A stretch of 64,000 nucleotides of DNA from an uncultured delta proteobacterium (GTDB lineage Bacteria > Desulfobacterota > Binatia > Binatales > Binataceae): NCBI GenBank assembly GCA_963842085.1, contig CAWJET010000002.1, positions 928,001 through 992,000 of the forward strand, in the 5' to 3' direction. The position numbers and the translations under genes are program-made. This document shows, in pieces, positions 9,519 to 21,314 of this stretch (its first letter is position 1; every line of letters starts with the position of its first letter). Under the pieces are notes generated by a model that was given only the letters and a program-made list of their open reading frames with translations, was not told the DNA's origin and searched no databases.

Positions 9519-9594
9519 TGGTGAGCCGGCCGGGACTTGAACCCGGGACCCTGTGATTAAAAGTCACATGCTCTACCGCCTGAGCTACCGGCTC
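9519..9594 (-). tRNA. tRNA-Lys(UUU)
   Basis: GAGCCGGTAGCTCAGGCGGTAGAGCATGTGACTTTTAATCACAGGGTCCCGGGTTCAAGTCCCGGCCGGCTCACCA; cloverleaf, TTT anticodon, encoded CCA. Confidence 0.97.
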
Positions 9595-9882
9595 GCCCGA
9601 GAGATTCCAATGCTTACAGGTAATTCAAAGCGTTGGAAATAGACACGCGCCCGACAGAACTGTTTGGAGAACTCAGCTCTCACCCGCGTGACTGCTTTCT
9701 CTCCCAAAGTCGCCAATAGGGCGCGGGACGATCGACTGGCGGGGCCACCTGGCTCATCGGGGGCGAGTGGATTTACTGCCGGCGCCAGCCGCTGCAATCT
9801 GTACTTTTTGTAGGCTTCGAGCTTTTCAGTGCCGTCACTGCATTCCCGTGAGGATGAATCAGCAGCAGCGCGCCGGATCCCC

Positions 9883-10275
9883 TCACGGGCGCGAGGCGCT
9901 GCTGAAAAGCGGTGCGAAGGCGTGACGATAATGCCACGCTAGGAACGCCTCGAGCACAGACACCACGGACGCTATTGCAATTTGCATCGGCACCGGCGAG
10001 AGAAACAAATGGAACCCGATGATGTTCACGATCACCGGCGCAAGAATCACCAGCGCAAACGGCACCGCCACGCCCAGCAAAAGCAGCGCCCCCCCGATGA
10101 CCTGGGTCCCGAAGATGAGCGCGAACATGTAGCCGGTCGCGAACAATGCCCCGAAGAATGCGCCCGCGGGAGGGGTCGGCGGAGGATTGGGCATAAAGTG
10201 CAGGAAGCCGTTTAGGCCGAAAACAAAGAACACCAGACCCAAGAGAATGCGAGCGACGGTGACTGCGGTCTTCAT
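9883..10275 (-). CDS. DoxX-family membrane protein
   Basis: ARILLGLVFFVFGLNGFLHFMP..GY..GGALLL..ALVILAPVIVNIIGFH; GGGAGG RBS. Confidence 0.85.
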   Translation of the reverse strand: MKTAVTVARILLGLVFFVFGLNGFLHFMPNPPPTPPAGAFFGALFATGYMFALIFGTQVIGGALLLLGVAVPFALVILAPVIVNIIGFHLFLSPVPMQIAIASVVSVLEAFLAWHYRHAFAPLFSSASRP

Positions 10276-10797
10276 CTTCAGTTCCTCCCCGGTTAGTCAT
10301 AGCAATCGACGGCGCGCTCGACTATCCAGCAGGCAATCATCCTCCTGTTCGCTTGGGCCTAATTTTCCGTCACTCTGTCGTCCGCAAAAAATGCGATGGT
10401 AGAACGCAGATAGAGTTCTCTTTGCTCCAAATAAGAGGCCAAATCTGTGCTCAGTAGCTTGACATAGGAGTTATCACTCGATTATATCCAAAACTCTGTC
10501 ACAGAAGAGCTTAGGCGCATCGACGGGTGGCATCCAGACCGATGAAGATGAGGACAGCGAGAAAGGGGTATCATTTGCGACGGATCCCCGTCATGATTAC
10601 GGCCCGCTCGCCACGATGGAAGGCGTGATGGCACAGCGCAAGAGGACTCGCCTTTGCTAGTAGGAGACGATAAAATTTGCGCGCAACGGCTTGACACACG
10701 AGCGACCGCTCGATTATACCCAGAACCCTACAAACTAGTAGAGCAGATTTATTAACTAACTGTAGGTCGAACAACGGCAGCGGAGAAGGAACCAAAG

Positions 10798-11982
10798 ATG
10801 CCCGTTCATGAGTACTCGGCGAACGCCTCGCCGGTCGCGGCTGCGATGGAAAATCTTTGCGCCCAGCCGGCAGCTGCCGCGTGCGAATGGTTGAGCCTGG
10901 AGCATCTTGCGCATGGGTCGGAACGGGTTGGCGGGATGGTGGTGCGGTCGGCGCAAGTGCGCAAGGTACTGAAAACCATTTCACGCTTGAGTTCGTATAA
11001 GACGACCGTGCTGATTCACGGCGAGTCCGGGACCGGCAAAGAGCTGGTCGCCCGAGCGTTGCACACGCTGGGCTCGGCCGCGGGCGGCCCCTTCGTGACC
11101 TTCAATTGCTCCAACCTGGTCGAGTCGCTGGCCGAATCGCAGCTCTTCGGCCATGTGCGCGGCGCCTTCACCGATGCGCGGGAGGATTCGCTCGGCTATT
11201 TCCGTTCCGCCAATGGCGGAACCCTGTTCCTGGACGAGATCGGAGAGCTCCCGCTGCGACTGCAACCCAAGCTGCTGCGGGCGGTCGAGACTCACGAAAT
11301 TCAGCCAGTCGGTTCGTCGCGTTGCTACTCGGTTGATATTCGGCTGGTTGCAGCGACCAATCGCGACCTGCGCGCGATGGTGAAGGCGGGGCAATTCCGC
11401 GACGACCTCTTTTATCGCCTCAACGCGGCGGCAATCCTGGTTCCACCGCTTCGCGAGCGGCGCGAGGCAATTCCGGCCTTCGTCGCTCATTTTATCGAGC
11501 ACTTTAATCGCCTCTTTGGCAAAGACGTCAAGCTGGTTTCGCGGGCCGCATTAGATGCGCTTTGCGCCAATCAGTGGCCCGGCAATGTCCGCGAGCTCGG
11601 TCACGTAATCGAGAGCGCGGTTCTGATGACCGAAAGCGACCGTATCGGTCTCGAAGATCTGTCTTTCCACCACGAGGATGCGAGCGGTGAAGCGGCCGCC
11701 GTGCCGGTTGACGCGATGCTGCCGAATGGAGCGCTCGACCTGGCCGAGGGCGGGGCCAATGACGCCACCAAGAGCTGGCCCTACTCGCTCGACGCCGTAA
11801 TCCGCGAGGCCTCGAAGCTCGCGCTGATTCGCGCGCTGCAGGCGACCGAGGGCAACTGCCATCGCGCGGCCGAGCTGCTGGGCGTATCGCGCTACACGGT
11901 TTACCGGATGCTGAACCGCTTCGGCCTGGCTGAGGGGCGAACGTACAGGACCTTCCGCAAGCCAACCGTCCGCCGCGCGTAG
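10798..11982 (+). CDS. Sigma-54-dependent enhancer-binding protein (AAA+ and Fis HTH, no receiver domain)
   Basis: GESGTGKE Walker A, GAFTDA loop, TLFLDEIG Walker B, FRDDLFYRL, WPGNVREL, GNCHRAAELLGVSRYTVYRML HTH. Confidence 0.93.
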   Translation: MPVHEYSANASPVAAAMENLCAQPAAAACEWLSLEHLAHGSERVGGMVVRSAQVRKVLKTISRLSSYKTTVLIHGESGTGKELVARALHTLGSAAGGPFVTFNCSNLVESLAESQLFGHVRGAFTDAREDSLGYFRSANGGTLFLDEIGELPLRLQPKLLRAVETHEIQPVGSSRCYSVDIRLVAATNRDLRAMVKAGQFRDDLFYRLNAAAILVPPLRERREAIPAFVAHFIEHFNRLFGKDVKLVSRAALDALCANQWPGNVRELGHVIESAVLMTESDRIGLEDLSFHHEDASGEAAAVPVDAMLPNGALDLAEGGANDATKSWPYSLDAVIREASKLALIRALQATEGNCHRAAELLGVSRYTVYRMLNRFGLAEGRTYRTFRKPTVRRA

Positions 11983-11989
11983 CCTCTGT

Positions 11990-12085
11990 CTCCTCTCCCA
12001 GCGCATGGGAGAGGACGAAGGTGAGGGTCGTTATTCAGCGCGCGACCGGTTCACGCGCGATTCAAGATTCTGCTTCTGTCTGCAG
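11990..12085 (-). repeat. ~95-bp REP-like hairpin repeat, copy A
   Basis: Reverse complement reads GAATCGCGCG..GCGCGCTGAATAACGACCCTCACCTTCGTCCTCTCCC..GGGAGAGG, matching the copies at 38076 and 38905. Confidence 0.75.
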
Positions 12086-12172
12086 CCCGTTGAGCAACCT
12101 GCCATCTGCCGTGTAACCTGTCGCGAGGGTCTTCGCGTCCGGTCTAACGACATCACGGAACCCAACTGAATT

Positions 12173-13135
12173 GTGCCTCGCGCGTCTGTAATCATTCCCG
12201 CCTACAACGCGGCAGCGACCATCGCTGGCACCGTGGACAGCGTCGTCGGGCAGACCCTTCAGGATTTCGAGATCATCTGCGTTGACGACGGATCGACCGA
12301 CCGGACCCGCGCAATTCTCGAAGGTTACGGCGACCGCGTGCGGCTCGTCGAGCAGGCCAACGGCGGGCCGGCGGCGGCGCGCAACAACGGCGCGCGGCAT
12401 TCGTCGGGCGAATACGTCGCCTTTCTCGACGCCGACGATGTGTGGATGCCGCAATTCCTCGAGCGTAGCGTGGCGGCGCTGGACGCTGACCCAGCCCTGT
12501 CGCTCGTGTACTGCAACGCGGCGTTGGCCGATAGCGAGGGTGTCGCGCTGGATACCTCGCTGGTCGGCGACGGCTTTGACCATCCGCCGTCGTTGAACGA
12601 GCTGCTGACGCGCCTGTGGCCGATAATGCCGAGCGCCGCGCTGGTTCGGCGTTCCGCGTACGAGCAGTGCGGCGGCTATCGCGACGAGTTGCGCGGTGCA
12701 AGCTTCCGTTTCGAGGACGTGGATTTCTGGATCAAGATGCGCGAGCAGGGGCCGTTCGGCTATATCGCAGACCCGCTGATCATCTGGCGGTTCGCGTGGT
12801 TTCCGAAACAGCTCAAGCGGCTGCCCGATTACTCGAAAGCGCTGCACGTTTTCGAGGCGTATCTGCAGGAGCGTTACGGCCTTTCCGCGGCGCCGCTCGT
12901 CCAGGCGCGCACGCGTGCGCCGCGGAGTATTCTGGCGACGATTGGGTTGAAGGCGCTGCGCGACGGTGATCGTCCGCGGGCGCGGGCGGCGTTCGCGCGC
13001 GCAATCAGGGTGGATCCCTACCGTCTCAAGAACTACCTGCGCTGGATCAGGACGTGGCTGCCGCACCGATTGGCGCAGGGCCTCTCGGGCGGAAGTTCGC
13101 GGCGCGCTCGATCTGATCGCGCGTATCAGGAATAA
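12173..13135 (+). CDS. Glycosyltransferase family 2
   Basis: SVIIPAYN..ICVDDGSTD..NGGPAAARNNG..VAFLDADD. Confidence 0.92.
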   Translation: MPRASVIIPAYNAAATIAGTVDSVVGQTLQDFEIICVDDGSTDRTRAILEGYGDRVRLVEQANGGPAAARNNGARHSSGEYVAFLDADDVWMPQFLERSVAALDADPALSLVYCNAALADSEGVALDTSLVGDGFDHPPSLNELLTRLWPIMPSAALVRRSAYEQCGGYRDELRGASFRFEDVDFWIKMREQGPFGYIADPLIIWRFAWFPKQLKRLPDYSKALHVFEAYLQERYGLSAAPLVQARTRAPRSILATIGLKALRDGDRPRARAAFARAIRVDPYRLKNYLRWIRTWLPHRLAQGLSGGSSRRARSDRAYQE

Positions 13136-14416
<1,281 letters not shown>

Positions 14417-14516
14417 TGAAAGATTCGCAGAACCCTCGACCACCGGCCGCGCTGCGGCCGGCCGCCTCTCCCGTAAAACAAGGCGAGGCAAGAATCGGAA
14501 AGGCGCGTCAAGGAAT

Positions 14517-15434
14517 TCAGGCGCCGCGTGATGCTTTACCGCCGAGCGCGCGGCGGACGGGGGCGGGCAGGAAGGTTCGCGCTATTCGCAGGTAGCTTTT
14601 TGCGTGGCGCGGATCGTACTTCAGCACTCGGATGAAGCATCGCCGCGCGCCCGCCATGTTGCCGCGGCTCATCTCGATCACGCCCGCGTTGGCGATCATC
14701 CGCACGCGATGGCGGATGAAATTCTGCACGAGTCCGTCGGCGCGCGCGCCGTAGCGGGCGCGAATCAGATCGACGATTGCGCCGGGACCGATGTCGCGGT
14801 TCAGCACCTTGGGAAACAGCTGGCCGTAAGTAAAACGAACGAGGCGGTCGGGGCTATAGATGAAATGCCCCTGCTCGCGCATCAGCAGCCAGAAGTGGAT
14901 GTCCTCGGCGCTGATCAGTTGCTCGCAGAAACCACCGGCCCGCTCGAAGGCGTCGCGGCGCATCACGACCGTGCTCGGCGTGATCGGCCAGATGCGCGCG
15001 AGCATCTCGTCCATCGCGGGCGCATGCGCGGTGTCGGGGCCGATTTGCGAGCGGCGCAATTCCTCGCCGGCTTCGTTCACGACGATCATGTCGGAGTAAA
15101 GCAGCACGGCGCCGGGATCCGCGAGCATCGCGGCGACGGACAGTTCGAGCTTTCGCGGGAGCCATTCGTCGTCGTGGTCGATCAGCGCGAGCAATTCGCC
15201 GCGGCTGGCGGCGACGGCGGCGTTGCGCGCCGCGGGCAATCCGCGATTGGCCTGGCGGACGACGCGGATCTTATCGCCGTACTTAGCAAGTACTGAGGGC
15301 GTGTCGTCGGTCGAGCCGTCGTCGCAGATTACGATTTCGTAGTCGGTGAAGGTTTGAGCGAAGACGCTCTCAAGCGCGCGGCCAATCGTCGCGGCGCCGT
15401 TGTAAACCGGGATTATTACGGAGACGCGGAGCAT
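14517..15434 (-). CDS. Glycosyltransferase family 2
   Basis: VSVIIPVYN..ICDDGSTD..NRGLPAARN..ALIDHDDEW. Confidence 0.92.
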   Translation of the reverse strand: MLRVSVIIPVYNGAATIGRALESVFAQTFTDYEIVICDDGSTDDTPSVLAKYGDKIRVVRQANRGLPAARNAAVAASRGELLALIDHDDEWLPRKLELSVAAMLADPGAVLLYSDMIVVNEAGEELRRSQIGPDTAHAPAMDEMLARIWPITPSTVVMRRDAFERAGGFCEQLISAEDIHFWLLMREQGHFIYSPDRLVRFTYGQLFPKVLNRDIGPGAIVDLIRARYGARADGLVQNFIRHRVRMIANAGVIEMSRGNMAGARRCFIRVLKYDPRHAKSYLRIARTFLPAPVRRALGGKASRGA

Positions 15435-15441
15435 TCGCGGC

Positions 15442-16371
15442 TTAGACGCCGGGGCCGTCCGAGCTCGACGACGCTCGCGCGCCGCGAGCCGTGATGAAGG
15501 TCTTCAGGTACCGGTAGTAGGCCTTGGGCGACGCCGGTTCATAGTGCAGCACTCGCGCGAGGCATCGGCGCGCGTCTTCGGGGCGGCCCTGGTCGATGAG
15601 AACGTGGCCGAGATGGCGCAGCACCTTGACGCGCGAGCGGCGAAAGCCGTCGATGAGCCCGTCGGCGGAGGAGCCGTAGCGCTCGCGCACCAACTCGACG
15701 AACAGATCGCACTCCGGCTCGCGTTCGAGCGCCTTGGGATAGAGCGGGCGCGTTTCCTTGCGCAGCAGAGGTTCGGGAACGCATCGGAAGTGGCCATGCT
15801 CGCGCGCATTCAGCAGGAAGTAGAGGTCCTCGCACGACGTTACGAATCGTTCGTGGAACCCGCCGCACCGCTCGAAGACCCCGCGCCGCACCAGGAACTG
15901 GCTCGGCACGACATTCCACGGCCGCGCGAGCATTTCAGTCATCGTGGGCGACTCGGCGCCGTCGGGCCGGCCGTCTGTCGCGCTCCGGGAGCCCATCGGC
16001 AGCCCCTGGGTGTCGACCTTGAGCGCCCAGGTGTACACGAGCGCGCAATCCAGATCGGCGTCCAGGACGGGGACGCATCGCGCGAGCTTCGCGGGCATCC
16101 ACTCGTCGTCGTCGTCGAGGAATGCGATGTACTCGCCACTGGAGGCGCGCACACCGGCGTTGCGCGCGGCAGAGAGTCCGCGATTGGGCTGAGCGAGGAT
16201 GCGAATTTGATCGCCGTAGCGGGCGAGCACGGCAGGCGTGTCATCGGTCGAGCCGTCGTTGACGGCGATTATTTCGTTGTCGGTGTAAGTCTGGGCAAAG
16301 ACGCTGCGCAGGGCGCGGTCAACGGTAGCCGCGCCGTTGTAGACGGCCAAAATAGTGGAAACTTTCGCCAT
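15442..16371 (-). CDS. Glycosyltransferase family 2
   Basis: MAKVSTILAVYN..VNDGSTD..NRGLSAARNAG..AFLDDDDEW; start set at ATG 16371. Confidence 0.92.
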   Translation of the reverse strand: MAKVSTILAVYNGAATVDRALRSVFAQTYTDNEIIAVNDGSTDDTPAVLARYGDQIRILAQPNRGLSAARNAGVRASSGEYIAFLDDDDEWMPAKLARCVPVLDADLDCALVYTWALKVDTQGLPMGSRSATDGRPDGAESPTMTEMLARPWNVVPSQFLVRRGVFERCGGFHERFVTSCEDLYFLLNAREHGHFRCVPEPLLRKETRPLYPKALEREPECDLFVELVRERYGSSADGLIDGFRRSRVKVLRHLGHVLIDQGRPEDARRCLARVLHYEPASPKAYYRYLKTFITARGARASSSSDGPGV

Positions 16372-16376
16372 CGCGA

Positions 16377-17282
16377 TTATTTTCCTTGAGCGCCTGCGTG
16401 TTGAAGTGCGGGACTTCTCTTGGCTCGCGGACTTTTCCACGCAGAGAGATCGCGTCCGATCATCCGCTCGAGCGCGTCGATTTCGGGGCGCATGAGTTCG
16501 TGCAGGTGCGCTTCGATGGCGGGATCGAGGGGTGGGAACTTTGGCCCGCCGCCGAAAACCAGCTTCCACGCACCCGCCTGTTCGAGAAAGTTGCTGGCGC
16601 CGTAGGCTTGTTTCTCCTCGAGCCAGTACATGAAGTGGCGCGCCTTGCGGGCGACGCGCGGAAACCGGGGCAGATCGTTAATCGAGTTGATCAACTCGCC
16701 CTCGGCAGCAGAGGCCGGCGCGGGATAGCGCTCGATGCCGATGAAATCGCACATGCGGTCGAGGTACGCTTGCGAATCGGCGCGCAAGTCGTCGTTGAGC
16801 AGGACCAGCACGCGGTCGTCGCCGAAACGCGTGCGGTAATCGGGCAGATGCGTCGCGTAGCGCGTCACCTCGATCACCTGGGGGACTTTCACGAGGAACA
16901 CGTCGAGTGGATCGTTCGTCAGCGTGTAATGACGCCAGAGTTTGTAGGCCGAGTAGATGCGCTCGACCGGATTCCGAAACGTGCAGATGATCTTGCACCG
17001 CGGGATATGCAGCGCGATACGCTCGGCAGCCTCGGGGAAACCGAAGTATGGATTGACTTCGCCAATCGGCCGTCCGGGGTCGGCGTCGCGAAAGTGACGC
17101 GCGTACCACTCGATGCCCTTGGAATAGTTGGTGGTGAAGAAATCGGTCTCCTTGATTCCGGCGGGCAGATTGACGCGGCCCTTGAGGACTTCGTGCAGCC
17201 AGGTCGTGCCGGTGCGGCCGGGGCCGACGCCGATGAAGTCGGGCAGCCGCAAATCGCGCGCGGTGTCGCAAGATCCGGTCAT
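16377..17282 (-). CDS. PAPS-dependent sulfotransferase
   Basis: LPDFIGVGPGRTGTTWL 5'-PSB loop; KETDFF; RNPVERIYSAY 3'-PB motif; IGRDLSAW end. Confidence 0.9.
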   Translation of the reverse strand: MTGSCDTARDLRLPDFIGVGPGRTGTTWLHEVLKGRVNLPAGIKETDFFTTNYSKGIEWYARHFRDADPGRPIGEVNPYFGFPEAAERIALHIPRCKIICTFRNPVERIYSAYKLWRHYTLTNDPLDVFLVKVPQVIEVTRYATHLPDYRTRFGDDRVLVLLNDDLRADSQAYLDRMCDFIGIERYPAPASAAEGELINSINDLPRFPRVARKARHFMYWLEEKQAYGASNFLEQAGAWKLVFGGGPKFPPLDPAIEAHLHELMRPEIDALERMIGRDLSAWKSPRAKRSPALQHAGAQGK

Positions 17283-17285
17283 CGA

Positions 17286-18155
17286 TTAGCCAACGGTTGC
17301 ACGACGCGCTTGCGCTCTCTTCCACGCGGAGAGATCGACGCCGAGCAATTCCTCCAGCGCCTCGACTTCGGGCAGGTAGCGCTCGCGCAGGTGCTGTTCC
17401 TGTTCGGGCGTGAGATGGCTAAAGGGTTCGCCGCGTCCATAGCAGAAATCCCACACGCCCGCGCGCTCGAGCAGGTTGCTCACGCCGTATGCCTGATGCT
17501 CGTGCAGCCAGTACATCTTGCGTCTCGCGATCCGGGCGAGCTTGCGGCTTTTGGGAGCGCGCGCAAACGAATGGACATCATCACCGATTTCGGGACGCGC
17601 GGAAAGTGCGATGCGCTCGACGCCGATGAAATCGGTCACGCGATCCAGGTACGACTGCGGCTGCGCGCGCAATTCGTCATACATCGTGACCAGCACGTTC
17701 TCGCGGCCGAACAAGTCGAACCACGTCTTGAGGTGAGATGCGTAGCGATTGCCGCTGCCGAGATTTGGACGCGACTTCAGCACCTCGTCGAACGAGCCGT
17801 GCGCCCACGCGAAATGAACGACCAGCTTGTATGCCGAATAAGCATGATCGACGGGGTCGCGCAGCGTGGTGATGATGCGGCAATTCGGGATGTGAGTCTT
17901 GATGCGATGTGGCGCGAGCGGATGGAAAAAGTACGGACAGATTTCGGCGATTTTGCGATCGCCGGTCGCGTAGCAAAAATGATGCGCGTACCAGTCGATG
18001 CCCTTGTCGTAGAACGTGTTGAAGAACTGCGTCTCCTTGACGCCGTAGGGCAAATCGACGCGCCCTTCGAGCACGCGATGCAGCCACGTGGTCCCCGTGC
18101 GGCCGGGACCAGCGCCGATAATCTCCGGCAGCCGGCGGACCATCGACGGGCTCAT
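17286..18155 (-). CDS. PAPS-dependent sulfotransferase (paralogue of the adjacent gene)
   Basis: LPEIIGAGPGRTGTTWL; KETQFF; RDPVDHAYSAY; LGVDLSAW. Confidence 0.9.
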   Translation of the reverse strand: MSPSMVRRLPEIIGAGPGRTGTTWLHRVLEGRVDLPYGVKETQFFNTFYDKGIDWYAHHFCYATGDRKIAEICPYFFHPLAPHRIKTHIPNCRIITTLRDPVDHAYSAYKLVVHFAWAHGSFDEVLKSRPNLGSGNRYASHLKTWFDLFGRENVLVTMYDELRAQPQSYLDRVTDFIGVERIALSARPEIGDDVHSFARAPKSRKLARIARRKMYWLHEHQAYGVSNLLERAGVWDFCYGRGEPFSHLTPEQEQHLRERYLPEVEALEELLGVDLSAWKRAQARRATVG

Positions 18156-18274
18156 CCCAGGGCCACGCGAGGAACGCGGCGCTCGGCTGCCGGCTCGGCG
18201 GCGCGCGGCGGCCCGATTCCGAGAAACTCGGGGAACCTCATCGGAGATATTTCATACGAATCGGGCCTGCAGTG

Positions 18275-19553
18275 CTAGCGGAGGTCAGCCAGGGCATGCT
18301 CCAGGATTGTCATGCCTTCGTCCATCAGCTCGGAAGACACGGTCAGCGGTGCGAGAATCCGGATGACGTTGGCGTAGATGCCGGCGGTCAGCAGGATCAG
18401 GCCACGCTCCGCCGCGCGCACCGCCAGCCGAGCGGCCAGTTCGGGCGCCGGTTCCTTGGTCGCGTGATCTCGCACTAGCTCGATCGCGAGCATCGCGCCG
18501 AGTCCTCGCACGTCACCGATGAACGGGTACTGCTCGCGCGTCGAGGCGCGCGCGAACCAGGGCGCCCTGCTTTTCGGCGCGCGCCAGCAGGTGCTCGTCG
18601 CGAAATACGTCGAGCACGGCGAGCGCCGCGGCGCAGGAAACGGGGCTGCCGGCAAAGGTGCCGCCGAGACCGCCGGGGGCAACGCTGTCCATGATCTCGG
18701 CGCGGCCGATGACACCGGAGAGCGGGAATCCACCGGCCAGGCTCTTGGCGATCGTAATGAGGTCGGGCTCGACGCCGGCGTGCTCGACGGCGAACATCCT
18801 GCCCGTACGTCCGAAGCCGGTCTGAATCTCGTCGGCGATGAAGACAATGCCGTGCCGATCGCACAGCGCGCGCAGTTCGCGCAGAAACTCGAACGGCGCG
18901 ACGTTAAAGCCGCCCTCCCCTTGTACGGGCTCGATGATAATCGCGGCGACGCGCGACGACTCGACCGACGACTTGAAAAGCGACTCGATGGCGGCGAGGC
19001 TCTTCTCCGTGCTACCGCCTCGATAGGCGTCGGGGAACGGCGCGTGAAACGTATCGGCCGGAAATGGGCCAAAGCCGACCTTGTACGGATTCACTTTGCC
19101 GGTCAGCGCCAGCGCCATCAGCGTGCGGCCGTGAAATCCGCCCGTGAACGAAATGATCGCAGGACGGCCGGTCGCGTGACGCGCAATCTTGACGGCGTTC
19201 TCGACCGCCTCGGCGCCAGTGGTCAGAAAGATGGTTTTCTTTTTCGTTGGAGCCGCGATCGGCGCGAGCTGGTTCATCCGCTCGGCGAGCTTGATGTACG
19301 ACTCGTACGGCGTAACGCCGAAGCAGGTGTGGGTGAAGGCCTCGAGCTGAGCCTGCACCGCGGCCATCACGCGCGGGTGGCGATGACCAACGTTGAGCAC
19401 CGCGATTCCGCCGCCGAAGTCGATGTAGCGGCGGCCGTCGACATCCCAGATTTCGGCGCCCGACGCATGATGGGTGAGGATTGGAATCGGCACGCTGACG
19501 CCGCGTGGAATGGCGGCGGCGATGCGCTCGGTTAGCGGTGTTGCGGCACTCAT
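18275..19553 (-). pseudogene. gabT: 4-aminobutyrate aminotransferase (class III PLP), frameshifted near 18535
   Basis: YIDFGGGIAVLNVGH, TGAEAVENAVK, EPVQGEGG, ADEIQTGFGRTG, IAKSLAGG. The C-terminus EQYPFIGDVRGLGAMLAIELV..NVIRILAPL is in another frame. Could be an assembly error. Confidence 0.85.
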
Positions 19554-19801
19554 AGTTGACTCCCGACAGTCTGGTGTTGCAGAAAGCTGCCTGCTTCCGT
19601 ACCTATCGCGCTACGTTGGGCCTTCCGTTCAAATGAGTGAGTAACAGTTTCGAACACGCCAGCAAATCAGTAATAATTGACCACGACTAATCGGACTGAT
19701 ACTTCGATGGGATCAGGGAACAGGCGGGGATGCGCAGGCGGCCCTGATACGGAGACGCGGGATTCCCGTCGCGACGGTTTCGAACGGATGAAGAATCACA
19801 G

Positions 19802-20686
19802 ATGAGTACGCAGGCCGAAAGTTCAAAGTTTTACGAACCGATCGTACCGTCGGACCAGATTCAGTTTCGCGAATACAAGCTGCTGCTGAAGCCGGACCTG
19901 TTTCCCGACGAGAAGGGATTTCACCGGTTCTGGAAACTGGCGCATCACGCGGCGAAATCTCTGGGCGTCAAGCTCGGCAAGATCGACGAATCGGTCAAAC
20001 CGCACATGCGCGAAGTGCTGTTCTACGACACTCCGCACTTCAAGCTCTACAATCACGGCTTCATCCTGAGAAAACGCACCTTCTACCACCACGGCGTGCC
20101 CGACGCGCGGCACGAGCTGGTGATCAAGTTTCGGCACCCGGACAAGAAGGTCGCGCTGGCCGTGGATCCGCGTCCATTGCTGCCGTGCGCGTTCACGCTG
20201 AAGTTCAAGGAGGAAATCCTCCTGCCCAAGGATGGCGCGCTCGGAATGCGGCTGGTGTATTCGCACAACTGCGAGCTCGACACTCCCAACATCATATTGA
20301 CGCAACGCTTCGAAACGACCGCCGAAGCCTTTCCGGCGCTCAAGCAGATCGACGCCAATCCGAAGGCGCCGCTGAGCGTGGTGCACGACCTCTCAATCCA
20401 GGAATATCTGATCGATCTCGGGATGCTGGACTTCGGGCACAAGCTCGAGGCCAAGGCGACGCTCGCAGTGTGGCGGGTGCGCACGACCAACTCGCCGATA
20501 GTGGCGGAGTTCGCCTACCAGTTGAAGTTCGACAGTCCCGAAGCGGTGCGGCGCAAGCAGCGAGAGCTTTCCGAGTTCTTCTACACGGCCCTGCAATCGC
20601 GGGCCTCAGACTGGGTGCAGCGTGGAACAACCAAAACCGCCCTCGTTTACGGATACGGCAACGCCAGTCTCAAGCACCAGGAATGA
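19802..20686 (+). CDS. CYTH/triphosphate-tunnel-like hypothetical protein
   Basis: FREYKLLL, REVLFYDTPHFKLYNHGFILRKR, ELVIKFR, KFKEEI, VAEFAY and TTKT resemble CYTH-fold motifs. Confidence 0.55.
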   Translation: MSTQAESSKFYEPIVPSDQIQFREYKLLLKPDLFPDEKGFHRFWKLAHHAAKSLGVKLGKIDESVKPHMREVLFYDTPHFKLYNHGFILRKRTFYHHGVPDARHELVIKFRHPDKKVALAVDPRPLLPCAFTLKFKEEILLPKDGALGMRLVYSHNCELDTPNIILTQRFETTAEAFPALKQIDANPKAPLSVVHDLSIQEYLIDLGMLDFGHKLEAKATLAVWRVRTTNSPIVAEFAYQLKFDSPEAVRRKQRELSEFFYTALQSRASDWVQRGTTKTALVYGYGNASLKHQE

Positions 20687-21293
20687 GCCCGATCTTCATC
20701 CGAGCCTGCTGACGCTGTTCAGGATCTTCCTGCTCGCGGGAGGGCTGAGCTTCGGCGGCGGCGCCGTGGCCTATCTGCGCGAGTACCTGGTGCGCGAAGA
20801 GGGCTGGCTCGACGACGAGGGATTTCTCGGCGCGATGGAGATCAGCGAGACGCTGCCGGGTCTGAACGCCGTCAACATGGCGATCATCATGGGCGACAAT
20901 CTGCGTGGGCTGGCGGGCGCCGCAGTCTCGGTCGTCGGGATGCTGCTGCCGGGATCGATCGTCGTGATGTTCCTCGGGATACTGTATCAATCCAATCACA
21001 GCAATCCCGATGTCAGGCGTTTCCTGTTGGGGATCGCCGCCGCGGCAGTCGGTTTGCTTTCGGCGGTGACGCTGCAGATCGGGCGGCGGCAGTTTCGTCA
21101 GCTTCCGGACATCGCGATCATCTTCGTTACGTTTTTCGCGGTCAGCTTCGTTAAATTGCCCCTGTTCGTGGTGTTGCTCGGTCTCGGGCCGATATCAGTG
21201 TGGCTCTACCGGCCGAAGGTCGCGAAACCGCGCGCTGAGGACGAGCATCTGCCCTTCCATCGCGGCCCGCGCCATCACCTGTTCCGTCATTAG
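20622..21293 (+). CDS. chrA: Short-chain chromate transporter (CHR) subunit 1
   Basis: LFRIFLLAGGLSFGGG..WLDDEGF..ETLPGLNAVNMA; start uncertain. Confidence 0.88.
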   Translation: MEQPKPPSFTDTATPVSSTRNEPDLHPSLLTLFRIFLLAGGLSFGGGAVAYLREYLVREEGWLDDEGFLGAMEISETLPGLNAVNMAIIMGDNLRGLAGAAVSVVGMLLPGSIVVMFLGILYQSNHSNPDVRRFLLGIAAAAVGLLSAVTLQIGRRQFRQLPDIAIIFVTFFAVSFVKLPLFVVLLGLGPISVWLYRPKVAKPRAEDEHLPFHRGPRHHLFRH

Positions 21294-21314
21294 CCAATTG
21301 AGATCCAAATCCCA

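Noticed and set aside
16386-18278. 630-aa plus-strand ORF
   Set aside because: Antisense shadow of two well-supported sulfotransferase genes; long antisense frames are common in GC-rich DNA and this one has no motifs.
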